This document shows positions 41,801 to 53,800 of a stretch of DNA of 64,000 nucleotides, in pieces. Each line of letters starts with the position of its first letter. Position 1 is the first letter of the stretch. Position numbers and translations under genes: made by a program. The DNA lies in contig OZ037765.1 in NCBI GenBank assembly GCA_964035545.1, forward strand, positions 5,962,698 through 6,026,697, written 5' to 3'. Origin of the DNA: Bugula neritina (lineage: Eukaryota > Animalia > Bryozoa). The notes beneath the pieces are model-generated. The model saw only the letters and a list, made by a program, of their open reading frames with translations. It was not told where the DNA came from and did not search any database.

Positions 41801-44800
41801 ATCGTCGATGGAATGAAGGATCCTCAATATTTGCCAACGTATCGCATTGAAACTTCACCAAGTGATAGTGAGAAAGAGAATCTGAGACCGACAGAGGTGC
41901 TTCCATGGGTATCGAAGGTGCCCGCTGTTGGTAATGAAAAGCCGTTTGTCACGGTAACTTTGACTGATGACGGTTCATTGGCTCCAGTAAACAGACTAGA
42001 GTTCCCTGTGTTGGAGAATGTTGATGAGGTTACAGTTAGCATTATGACGAGTCCTGATGGGCCTGAAAAGATTGTGACACCTGAAGAGACATTGCCAACC
42101 ACAAGCGGTTTGATTGTGAAATTGAAGTCCCAACCAGAAGCTCTGACAGTGGTCATTAGATTTTCACCAACTGATTCTTCAAAACCAGTCAAGGTGCAAC
42201 TCGATGTGTTTGCTTGTTTAAAACCAATAGAATCAACCACCAGCAAACTATCAACAACTTCAATGAGAGTCCCGACTGAAACAACAACTGGATATTACAG
42301 CTCAACAGTGTCTTTACAACAGCCCTTTGAAAGTAGCACAGCTTCTACTACTCCTTTTTACTCCACACCCTGCATCGTTCATAATGGTTTGTTCAATTTG
42401 ATTTTTTTATCACTATTATTTTAATAATGATTTTGTTTGTTTCCTTTATTTAAACATGTTTTCATCACTTGCTTTTTAGCAGTTTCTTCTTTTTAGTTTT
42501 TCTTTTGGCTTCTTTCAATTGTAATTTTCATTCGTTCTTCAGCTCTTTCACATTTTTTGTTATTGTTCCAGTTTGCCGTTAACCTATATAATTCTCTAGT
42601 AACCACATTTAGTTTCTTGATGCCTTTTTTATGCTTTATTTAATGACGTCCCATTGTTATTGCTGATTATGATCGTATCCTGGTGTAGCTCTGATTTCTG
42701 TGTTGTTCTCATAATCTATTTACATGTTTACAGTAATGAGAACTGGTTCCATTCCATTAACCAATATTCAAGCAACTGCTGGTTCATCATTTGATTTATT
42801 GACCGATTCTCCTGATGATTGGGTTAGTCCCGCCTCTACCGTTGCGCCAACAATTGACATTCACTTTGGTGCTACTCCTCTCTATGTCAGCCATGTCGGC
42901 GTTTTTCATGCTCAAAATGTTGACCATCTTCAACTCAACTCTGTGATTCAACTCCAGGTTTGTGTGCACCTTTTTTTCGATATCTTTTTCTTGTTAACTA
43001 TGCATCTTTTCAAGTCTAAATTTTCTCTTACCAACTGTTTGCATTTATATTTTTCGTTTGCAGGTTTTTGGCAATCGCAATGGATCTTCATTTTTGAGGT
43101 TTTACATGAATGATTTGCATCTTCAAGTTTATCCTCTTTCAACATCAGAGCCGGTTTCATTCAAACTGGCAATATTTGCATGCTTGACTGCAACTACCAC
43201 ACTAATGCCTCCAACATCTGCTAGCACCCCTGCTGGTAAGTGCTATTTACTGTTTTATGTATTGTTTTTGTTTTTTGTTTGCGTAATTGTTCTTTTAGTG
43301 GCTTCTGAATAGGCTTTGACCGTTGTCTCATAGAACTATTTTGTTGTTGTTTGTATTGTTGTTATAATAATCGCATTTTTTTGGCCACTTATTCTTTAAC
43401 TTGTGTTTTACTTTCATGGTGTATCTGTTTGTCGTTTGTCTGTCAAAGTTTTTAGATATGCCTACATAATATTATTTAATTGCTTTGAATGTCCATCTTT
43501 TACACGTGAAGTTTTGAAGGTTTTTGTCACAGTCTTCATTATACTTTCTCGAGTCCTTGCTATTCAATGTTCACAGTACATATTTCTCACACTTTCTTTG
43601 CTATGTCTGCTGTAAGTCACTGTTTCAGTTTGTCCCCTATTCTTTAGTGTAGTATCGGTTGTTTCCAGTCATTACATCTTGTTTCTAACTCCATCCATTT
43701 ATATTCTGCTGGTATATAGTAGGTTTAACGCTTATCTTTAGTGTTAGTCAGCATTCAACCTTGTTTTTTCCCTATGCAATTTATTGCTTAATGCTGACTA
43801 TATTTAGCTGTGTTTTTTTTTAATTTCACCCTTTGGTACAAGGTTTATTTTTCAGCTTTTCAAATTAGCATGCAACGTACAGTTTTTAAGCTATATATAT
43901 GTTGGCTGTGTTATGAAAACTGTTTACCGCGGTACTTAACTGTTCATTACAGCTATATCTTGTAATGCAAAAACATATTGCTTTGAAAAACTTCTTCTGA
44001 CCAATGATGTATGTCATCTAAACCATTCCCATTGTTTTACTAAACTGCATAAATTAATGTTTTTGTCTTGCAGAATACTGCATTGTCCCTACTGGCACCT
44101 TTGGCACATCTTCACCAGCTGATGAACTAGTCGGGTACATTGATGTCGACAATCAAGCTGGCTTCAATATATCTGCTGGAGATAAGCCTGTTCGTTTGGG
44201 TGACCAAGTTCCTAGTGATTTGGTAGTCAAGTCAATACTTAAATGTGAACAGTGGTGAGTCTATAATTCACATCTGTTGAGTTTAAGGTAATAACTTTAT
44301 GTAATGTAAGGTTTTCAGCTTTTCAAAGAATCTTTGACACACTACATTCATGCAGTAATAAAGTATTTATAGATACCTTAGCTATAGATGTAGATAATAG
44401 GTAAGGTGTATATGCTTAGATTAATACTGCATAAATAAAGTGTGTCCAGGATTCCTTAAAATACGTGTTTCTGTAACTTTGAACACTTAACTTGTGCCGC
44501 TTTCAACATTAGTTGCTTCGTACAATCATTTATAACTCAAAAACTAATGCAAGCTTTTTTTACAATCATTTATAACTGAGCTCTTTAATCAGCCGTATAA
44601 CTGAGCTGTGTGATTTAGATAACTCTTTAATCAGCATATTGCATCTTTTACATTTAAATTGTGTCTCTTCAGCAGTGAGCTTTGCATGTTTTTCATTTCA
44701 ACCACTTGTTTTGCAGTCAATGTGAAGGCACCTCTCTAGCCTGCTCAGAGTACACGCCATGTCCATGCAGCTGGTCCGAGTGGACTGACTACGGTGAATG

Positions 44801-47800
44801 TACAAAACCCTGTGGAGGTGGTCAACAGGAGAAAACACGGTCTGGATATGGTGTTGGTTGTGAGCTGAAAACAGAAACTAAAGTTAGAGACTGCAACATT
44901 GATAATTGCACAAGTTAGTAGCTAGTAATCAACCAGCTGCTCTTATTTATTAGTGTCATGTGGTGTTTTTTGCACAACAATAAACAATGACTGCATTTGT
45001 TTTTATAGCTTTTTTTCTAAACTTGTTGGCATACCTGTTTTAGTTGAATGTACTTGGGGACAGTGGGGTAACTGGTCTTCTTGCTCCAAGACCTGTGACG
45101 GAGGAGAGAAAGTTAGAACTAGGTCATACACACCACCTCAAGCTGAGTGTGATGGTCTGAGCAAGCAAACTAGTCCGTGCAACTTATTCTCATGCAAAGG
45201 TGATTTTCTTCTTTTGTCTGCGCACTGCGTCTTAAAAATATACTGTGTATATCTAACAGGGTGAATGTATCCATCACAACGCAAAAAGATGGTTTTTTGT
45301 TGATATTTGTTAAGTGTGACTCAATAGAGTGTGTTTGTTTTCATGCGTTTTATCTTCAAAATTTTTTAGCCATGTATGATATGTCTTTTTCTGCCAAATA
45401 TTTACAACTGATTATCTTTATAGAAAACTGCACAGATGGCTTGGAGTACAAGGATTGTGGCAGTTACTGCCCGTATACATGTCGCCATCTCAGAGGTATC
45501 GAGGGCTGTGTAACAGATGGATGCCAGCCAGGATGTCATTGTCCCAATGGACAATATCGTGACGATAATGGAGACTGCGTTCCTGTTTGCCCTTGTTACT
45601 TCAACAACGCAACTCTTGAAATCGGAGAAAAATTTCCTTCACCCACTTCAAAATGCGACATTTGGTATGCGAAAAATTATGTTGAAACAATAAGTAATAA
45701 AAGCTTCTGATAAAATAATTTTTGCAAATTTAGCAAATTCATCAACCTGCAATTATATGATAATTAGACTTTGTAAGGGTTTGCATTTTGCTTGTAATTT
45801 TTTAAGAGAAAATTTTTAATGTTGAGTTTTTCTTTGTAAATTAATTACAGACTGTGTTTTTAGTGTAAGCAACCATGCACATGGGAGATTTAGTTATAAA
45901 CTATAATCTACATAAAAACTCTTTAAATAATAAGATAGTTTTTGTATTGTAATAGCAAATAAAAGCACAGCGTGTTTAATGAAAATAGGTCTGTCCTAAG
46001 CATAATGTTGTCTCTGTTTAAGTGTCTTAAGTGAATGCGTTTCACTACAGTTTTAAAATTTGCCCTTTTATTTCAGTGAGTGCACAGAGGATGGCATCCA
46101 ATGCTCTCCTATAGAGAGTGGCTGCTCAGGTGAGGGAATAACTCCTCTTTTTTATCAATCTTTCTGTTTTCGTAACTCTTTCATGCCAAACCTCCGCTTA
46201 TGTGAATACTATTTTTGCTTCAAAACTTCTATAATTCTACGTTTTATATAGCTACATTTTATTGATAAAAAATAAAACCATACCATTTGGTAAAATTCAT
46301 TTAATTGGATGTGAATTCTAAATTGCTGTTTTACTTTTAAGCTGCTGTACAGTTTCTCTTCAGAGATTTGTCTTCTCCAGCTTACCATTGTTTAGTTCAA
46401 CCTCCATAATTTTCATTTTCTCATCTTCACAAAAGTGCTAACTTCTTTGTAAATGTTTCTAATTATATTTGCTACTTAATTCACAATTTTTTTTTTTTTG
46501 GATTTTTGTTTACATTTGTGGGTGTCATACAACATTGAACATTGTGCAGTTACTGTCAGTATGCTTTAATGTTTTATTGAAAATATTCTTTGGTTTGCAA
46601 TTTGACATTGTTTAGTCCTATTAACAAGTTATACTATAAAGTTAGAATTCAACATTCGAAATTGAAAATATTTTTGCATTTTGAAAATGGTTGAATATAA
46701 AAGCAGGTTTTTTGAGTTCCTTGATAAAATGGCAACCAGTTGTCTTCAAACAGAACAGTAAAATGTTGAGGAAACCAATTGAAAGCAACTAATCAAATTT
46801 TCTTAACCTTTAACTAAAGCAGCAAGAGTGGAGAAAAACATAAAATTATGTATTGGCCAGCCCCCCCCCCCCCCCCCCCCCGCCAACTAATACCAAAATA
46901 TTTTAATACCCTATGTAAATACGCAATAGGAAAGTGAGATACAACTGCTGTATTTGCTCTATTAATACCTTTTGTCGAGAATATTATAACTCATGCATAG
47001 TTTCTCTAGCCAAGAAGACTCGACAACTTTTTTAGACTAGCTCTGAATTTATTACTTGTGTTACTTGCAGTAAACTGTACTTATACCGAGTGGTCTGAAT
47101 ATGGTGTATGTAGTAAAACATGCGGTGAAGGAACGGCCAACAGATACAGGTATGTCTGTGTATCGATTTTTTCTTAGATTTTTTTACATTTTTGAATTAA
47201 TTTTTACTAATTGCCAAATGTTTACTCTAATGTACATACTATGGGCAATTATTTATTGGAAAGAATGCATGAACAATTACTAAATACTTTTCTTCTAAAA
47301 TATTTTGTTACACTAGAGTAGCAGAATTTAGACTTATTATGCAGTAGTTTAGTTACAGGAAGTCTATGGTTACTTTCTGATGTCCAAAAAAGTTTTAGGT
47401 ATGAAAATAAATACTTTTTTTATACCTTTTTTAAATGAGTTTCAATTTTGTTCAATGTAAAAGGTATCACTTTTAAGGTTTCTTGAACTTTTTTGAAAAC
47501 ATATCAAATTACCCACCTTTATCAGCTAACGTGATTTGTTCAGCGTAATATTAACACTAGAGACAATGAGTAATGAGGTTGAAGTTTCAAGGCATTTGCC
47601 AAATTTGCCAAGTTTTGATTTATAGTGCTTTGAGTAAAATGTGAATAGAAAAAAAGAATACAAGCACTAACTGTGCTAAGTTGAATGATGCAATAATTAG
47701 TTCAGTTAACTATGGCTCTTGTTAAGTCATGTTAAGTCATTGACTGAAAGTTATGAAAATATTGGCAAATTTTCAATTTTTGTTTGTCACAAGATTCTTT

Positions 47801-50800
47801 GCCTTTAATGTTTTATAGTTTCATGTTGTAGTATTATTGATTTAATTAAAAATTAGCTGCTTGTTTTCGCAGGAAAGTTTTGCAAGAAGCTGAGGGAGAT
47901 GGAGTGGAATGTACTGGACCATTCGTGGAGCAGACAACTTGCTCTGAGCAGCCGTGCATGGAGACGTGTCTGTATAATGGAGTCTCTTACTCAGACCACG
48001 ATGTGGTGGTGGATGAGAAGTGTCACACCTGGTGAGTCACATTTTCAATATGACGTTTTTTTGGGGCACTTTTTACAAGCTTTCAGTAACCACTTGCGCT
48101 AATTGTGATGTAATTATAGTACAGGAAAATGTCATGAGTAAGGTTCAGAAGTGGATTTTTTTTATTTTGCCTAGCCCGTCTGAACTTGAAACAAATTTAA
48201 GAATTTTAAATTCAAGTTTTGAAATAATGCCTGGCGCTTTTTTATGTGTATTAACTAATTGGGTTTGTATTAATTTTGGTTGTTCTAAGCAAAAGGTGTT
48301 TATTTTTGTAGTGTTTGTTTGAGTGGAGAAGTTGTTTGCAACAATAAAACTAAAGCACACAGTAAGACTTAGTCACTACATATTAGTTTCTGTTCAGTAG
48401 TTTAGTGGTTACACGCATGAAGTAAAACTAATTCAAGTCAATTGGAACTGCCAAGTTGAACATTTATTGAATCATTTGTGTTTTGTTCCAAAAACAATTG
48501 AATGTGTAGTTATCTCTCACAAATTATCTTTTTCACCTGAAAAATTATTCAAGATCTTTAAAGTTATTTGTGTTTATCTGATTTATAGAAAATACACTAC
48601 TGCACTGTGTACTTTTTAAAAAAAAATTCTCAGCTTTTGAAGTTGAGGAAAAATTTCATTGAAAAAGTCTGCATTGCGTTTTCAGCAAAGCTTTACATGA
48701 GCTTAAAGTATCAGAAGCAAATATTGATCTGTAATTAATTATTTAACCAGTTAGTTCTTCCACATGTAACAATAATTGGCTGAGCTAAGTATATGGAAAT
48801 TAGTAATTTAATGGGGAAAGTAAGAAAAACTTGTATTCTAAATTAAGAATGTAACGAAAGAAATTATGTTCTCTTAAAAAATTCTACCCACCATCCAAAG
48901 TTGGCAAAAATAAAACTTTAGTTTTTGGGTCATTTTTTCAATTTTGTCTTACCTGTTTTTTTTCATTTAATAAACTGTATGTAGCCCATTGCTTTCTATT
49001 TGATGCTTTAGAAAATGGAAATTGGTCTCCATGGAGTGACTATGGAGAGTGCAGTGCTAGCTGTGGTGACAGTGGTGAGATGTTCCGACACAGATCATGT
49101 TCGTGGCCTACTCCATCTTGTGATGGCAAGGAATGCGTTGGAAATATTAGCGAGTCTGAGCCTTGCAACAGGGACATCAAGTGCCCAGGTTAGTGCTGCT
49201 ATAGTAACTAAATCATTGTCATGTTTATAAATTTGGTAGGAAAAATTATATTGACTTGCTTATAGTTTGATTATATAAAAATAGCTGTAAAAAATTACGT
49301 TTTGAAGCTCTACTAAAAGTCCTCTGCTATGTTGGTATATGAGACTTCCATTTACTACCATTAACCTTATGCTGTGTTTGCAAACGTTATCTATTTTAGT
49401 TTTGCTTTTGTCACTATAGACATTTAAATTTTATTATGTAAACAGTAGATTAACAATATATTTAATATTTTGTTTTTTATATGTCAATTAGTATTTTGAC
49501 TAATTTAGAGAATGGAAATTGGTGTGACTGGCAACCTGGGAAATGTTCCAAGACATGTGGAGGCGGAACTTATGCCAGAGAACGAATCTGTAACTGCCCG
49601 CCTCCATCTGGTGGTGGCAAAACTTGCCCAGGAGAAGATGAAGAGGTTCTGTCTTGTAATGAAAAACCGTGTCCAGGTAAAACCTTTTTTTGTATTTTTA
49701 TACTGTCTTTACTCTAATTTCTGTCTTATTTTTACTTAAAATAACCACTGTTTAACAGATTATGCAATATAGCTGAGTAAGTATGAAATATTTACATAGT
49801 CGACTGTGAAATAAGTGAATGGGAAAGTTGGGGTCCTTGCTCAGTGACTTGTGGATCGGGTCAACAGGAAACAACTCGGACCATTACCCAGTTTCCTCTG
49901 TTTGGCGGAAAGGAATGCCCAGATGATTTAGAGAAGCATCGTCAATGTGAACTCGAAGACTGTGTTGGTAAGAGAGACTCTTACTGGAAGGATAACTCTT
50001 ATACCAAGTGTTAGTGACCAATTGGAAGCTTTGTAACAGGTAAAAACGGATGCATTCTCTGAATTGTAGATCATCAGTGTAATGAGACTGTTGGACTTCG
50101 TTACTATTGCAAAGATTCCTGTCCCCAAACGTGTGAGCATGTGCGAGATAACAACACTTGCATTTCTGAAACAAACTGCACACTTGGCTGTCATTGTGAA
50201 GAGGTATGTGGCTGCTTCCCGTTATTTGTTTTAAGAATATATTTTCACTTCATGGTGAGTTGTGAATTTTCACAGCATTGCTTACAATTTTCTATAAATC
50301 CTCAGCAAAACTTATGAATAGTTTTCGTGGTAATTATGTCACAGAAAAAAGAAAAACTTCTTTATAAAAGAGGTACTAAAATAATTTAATTCCCAATAAT
50401 TTCTTTAGGTTAATTGAGTTATGTGTTTTTGGAAAATATTAAAAATTAATCCCATATAATTATTGTGTTGACAATTATTGAAAAGAATATGAAGTACTTT
50501 ACATTACATTTTGTATATTTAAACTTATAAGTTGTCTTTTAGAATATTATTATGCATTGCTATATATTACATCATCTCTTTCACACTGTAGTGTTCAATC
50601 TTTAGGGAAAAGTTCTTAATGAGGAAGGATTGTGTGTCACCCCAGCTGAATGCGGGTGTGCTGTAACTATAGTTCGCCCACCATTTGGGGAGACCAAGCA
50701 AGTTCTGGGTGCTGGTGATGAGATCACTGCTGCCTGTTACACATGGTAATTGGATATTCAATACAGGAAATTTTGTTGTAAAATTGTCTTTGCAAAATAT

Positions 50801-53800
50801 GCTTTTTCACACAGAAAGCATGATATGAATTTATGGTTAAACTTTTTAGCTGACATATTTGGGAAAGTTGTGCTTACTAATTTATAACTAGCAGATGCAG
50901 AATCTATTAGTTACTCAACCTAGTGTTTAATTACAAGATAAAAATATGTAGAAAAACTTTTATGACTTCTTAGCTGTAGTAAACAAAATAAATGTACCAT
51001 TTCTTTTGCAAAAAAACGAGCAAAGCATAAATGTTTTGTTTTGAAATGTTTTTTTCTGCCTTCTAAAGCCAACAACAAATCTAAGTTTAATATTTAGATA
51101 AATACATTTTGAAGCTGTAGCTGTTTTTTCCTATTTTTATGCTAAAAATGAGACAAAACCCTGGGGCTGTTGGTTATACTTTTGCTCAATGTTTGTAGTA
51201 AATGTCCTTTCAACTCTACTGACAATCAAGCCGTCTGTACTCACGATCCCAACTGCATTGGTAAGCTCAGGCTCTCATTAACATGTCACATCTCTCAGCA
51301 TACACTTGCATACATCTGCATATTTCATAGTTAAAAGCTGAAAGCTTAATAATTTAATCATTGAGATCTTATTTCTTGATAAATTAAAAAATATTATGGA
51401 TATTTTACATGCTAGACTAGTAATCAACATTCTCTTTTTCAATAGAAAACTTGCCAAGAAATTTTTCTCTTACAAAAATATTATTTGATTCAACAAGAAG
51501 ATATTATTAGCACTTGCTATGTTTACTTTAGGGTAAGTTGTAGCTTAGTTATATTTATATATCACTAGTATATAATTCTGTACAGATGTTGGTATCACTA
51601 GTATATAATTCTGTACAGATGTTGGTCAGTGGTCTGCCTGGGGAGAATGGTCAGAATGTCCGGAGTGCTACAACGGAGAGCGACCAATCACTGTTAAGTA
51701 CGCTCAGTGCGTCTGCTCGTGGATCAAAGGACAACCAATCATTGAGTTGTCGTGCAGTTGTGTTGAGAAAGACTATATCGCCACTCGTAGTCGAGAAGAG
51801 TTCTGTCCCATTGAGCATTGTCCAGGTATGAAATGTTTTTACAATACATGTGGTGTAAATATATATGATTGCTGTTAGACTCAGATGAGACTCTGGGTAA
51901 ATAGACTAAGGACTTTATTTATAGTAGAGGCTAGTTGCATTACTAGTAGGTGGAGGCATTAAAACTGCCAAAGGTTTTTCTTAAACCTAACAGCAATCTT
52001 AAGTTTACCATTTGTGTATACAGGCGATGTATTTGTAGCATTATGCTATGAATAATGATGTTTGGTGGGCAGTAGCTTGTTGTTTTAAAATTTCTGTAAA
52101 AATATTTTTCTTATACTATAAATATAAATACTAAAGTATCTTAATGTAACACAAAATAGAGAATAAAATGTATCATTTTCATTGAAATAAACGAAAGAAA
52201 TTTAGTATATTATGGCTAAATGCATTTATGCGTAATGGTGAGTGAAGTTCAATGAGCTCGCGTTTATTTTTCTCGTTCTTCAGCTGATCTAGTAGAGCAG
52301 TAGGTATATCTTGTCGCATTCGTTATTCAGTGGAAACTCAATTATGTAGAGCTAGTGTAGAATACTAAGATTGATATATACAAGTTGTATACTTCCAGTG
52401 GACTGTGAACATTCACTGTGGAGTCAGTGGACCGACTGCTCCGTGACGTGTGGATCCGGTACCCAGGTTAGAAGAAGATCCGTGGAGACAGAAGCCTCAT
52501 ATGGGGGGTACGACTGCTCCGGGCCTGTCCTCGATTCTCGACCTTGTAGCCGTGACTCTTGTAATGGTATGTGTCTCAGTCTATCTCACAGAGTTTTCTT
52601 AATCTATGTAGTAGCTGGAACTCTTATTGCTATTATCATTAAAATGTGTTTGTTTTAGCTACAAAACAATAAAACTCGTTCATAACTTTTTTTAATAACT
52701 ATCTTTTGTTTTATATTATATTGCATTTCACATTTCTTATACAAAAATAGTTGTGGCAGTTTCTTGGAAAAATATATTTCAAGTCTCTTTATGGGGCAAC
52801 TTATAGAATGGTTTTATGTTACTACGGTGACCCAAAACAAGCGTATTACATTTTTACAACATAAATAATTAGGACAGTTTTTTATGTTGACAACGGATAC
52901 TCTGAACTTTTCATCGGGCAGCTTGTAGGGTGGTTTTAGGTTGTCATGGTGATTCAAAACAAATATTTTGTACTTCCTGTTTAGAAACTGTCTGTGAGAA
53001 AGAGAACATGGTATTTGCCGACTGCGCCAAACCTTGCCCGAGAACTTGTGCTGAGATTAGCTATGATGTCACGTGTGAGGAGCCGAACCCGGAAGAGTGT
53101 GTGCCGGACTGCGTCTGTGCTAATGATACGTACATACAAGATGGTTGGTGTCTACATGCCCATATACTTGTAATCGAGTGTATAGTTACATATTGACATA
53201 GAACAAGATTGATATCGAGAAGTTTGATTTGTTGTGTAATACTTGACTATATATAGAATTTTGTGAAATTAAGTAAAATATTGATTCTAAATATAACTCC
53301 TTTTATAGCTGAGTTTTATAAGCGTATTTTGCAATACCACTTAATTCAATCTCAGGAGTTGGAATAATTTAAAACGTATGAAAATGTTGTATATCCTTGT
53401 TTGTAAAACGCAGTCAAAGTGATTTACAGGGTTAGCCTAATTTTTGCTTAAAATGTATGTAATGTAGTAACTAAAATTCTAACACTCTCATTACATGTTT
53501 TCCTGATATGATTTACTTTTAATAACTGTTGATATGTATTAATAGGAGAATGTGTTGAGAAGTCAGGGTGTAAGTGCACAGTGTCAGTGACTACTTCTAA
53601 TGGAACTCAAGAAGTAAGACTCCAAGAGCCAGGAGATGTGTGGCAAGAAAAGTGTAACTTGTGGTGAGTGATGGTTGCTATCTCTTTGTTATACACTAAG
53701 TTATAATTATATAATATACTGAATTATAACTATATAACATGCTAAATATATTTGTGACTAATTTTGATGCCCTGTTGTAATATATAATATAATGTATTAT

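Noticed and set aside
28099-42246. Long minus-strand ORFs (140-1,265 aa) across the array
   Set aside because: These are shadow frames of the sense repeat. They break only where the cctca variant creates an antisense TGA, so their lengths simply track the sense-unit haplotypes. There is no independent gene signal.
28070-42289. CRISPR-like or transposon-derived array
   Set aside because: The units are contiguous 549-bp coding repeats without unique spacers, terminal repeats or transposase/RT motifs, and the context is eukaryotic.
27857-42424. 4,855-aa ORF as a stand-alone gene (e.g. a bacterial-type adhesin or horizontal transfer)
   Set aside because: It has no true ATG or signal peptide, is bounded by phase-compatible splice sites, and homologous intron-split modules flank it. 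The hydrophobic tail [12 protein letters not shown] is intron read-through, not a membrane anchor.
48032-49011. Apparent phase mismatch suggesting a frameshifted pseudogene
   Set aside because: Resolved by a 50-bp exon at 48312-48361 ([17 protein letters not shown]) that the ORF track misses.
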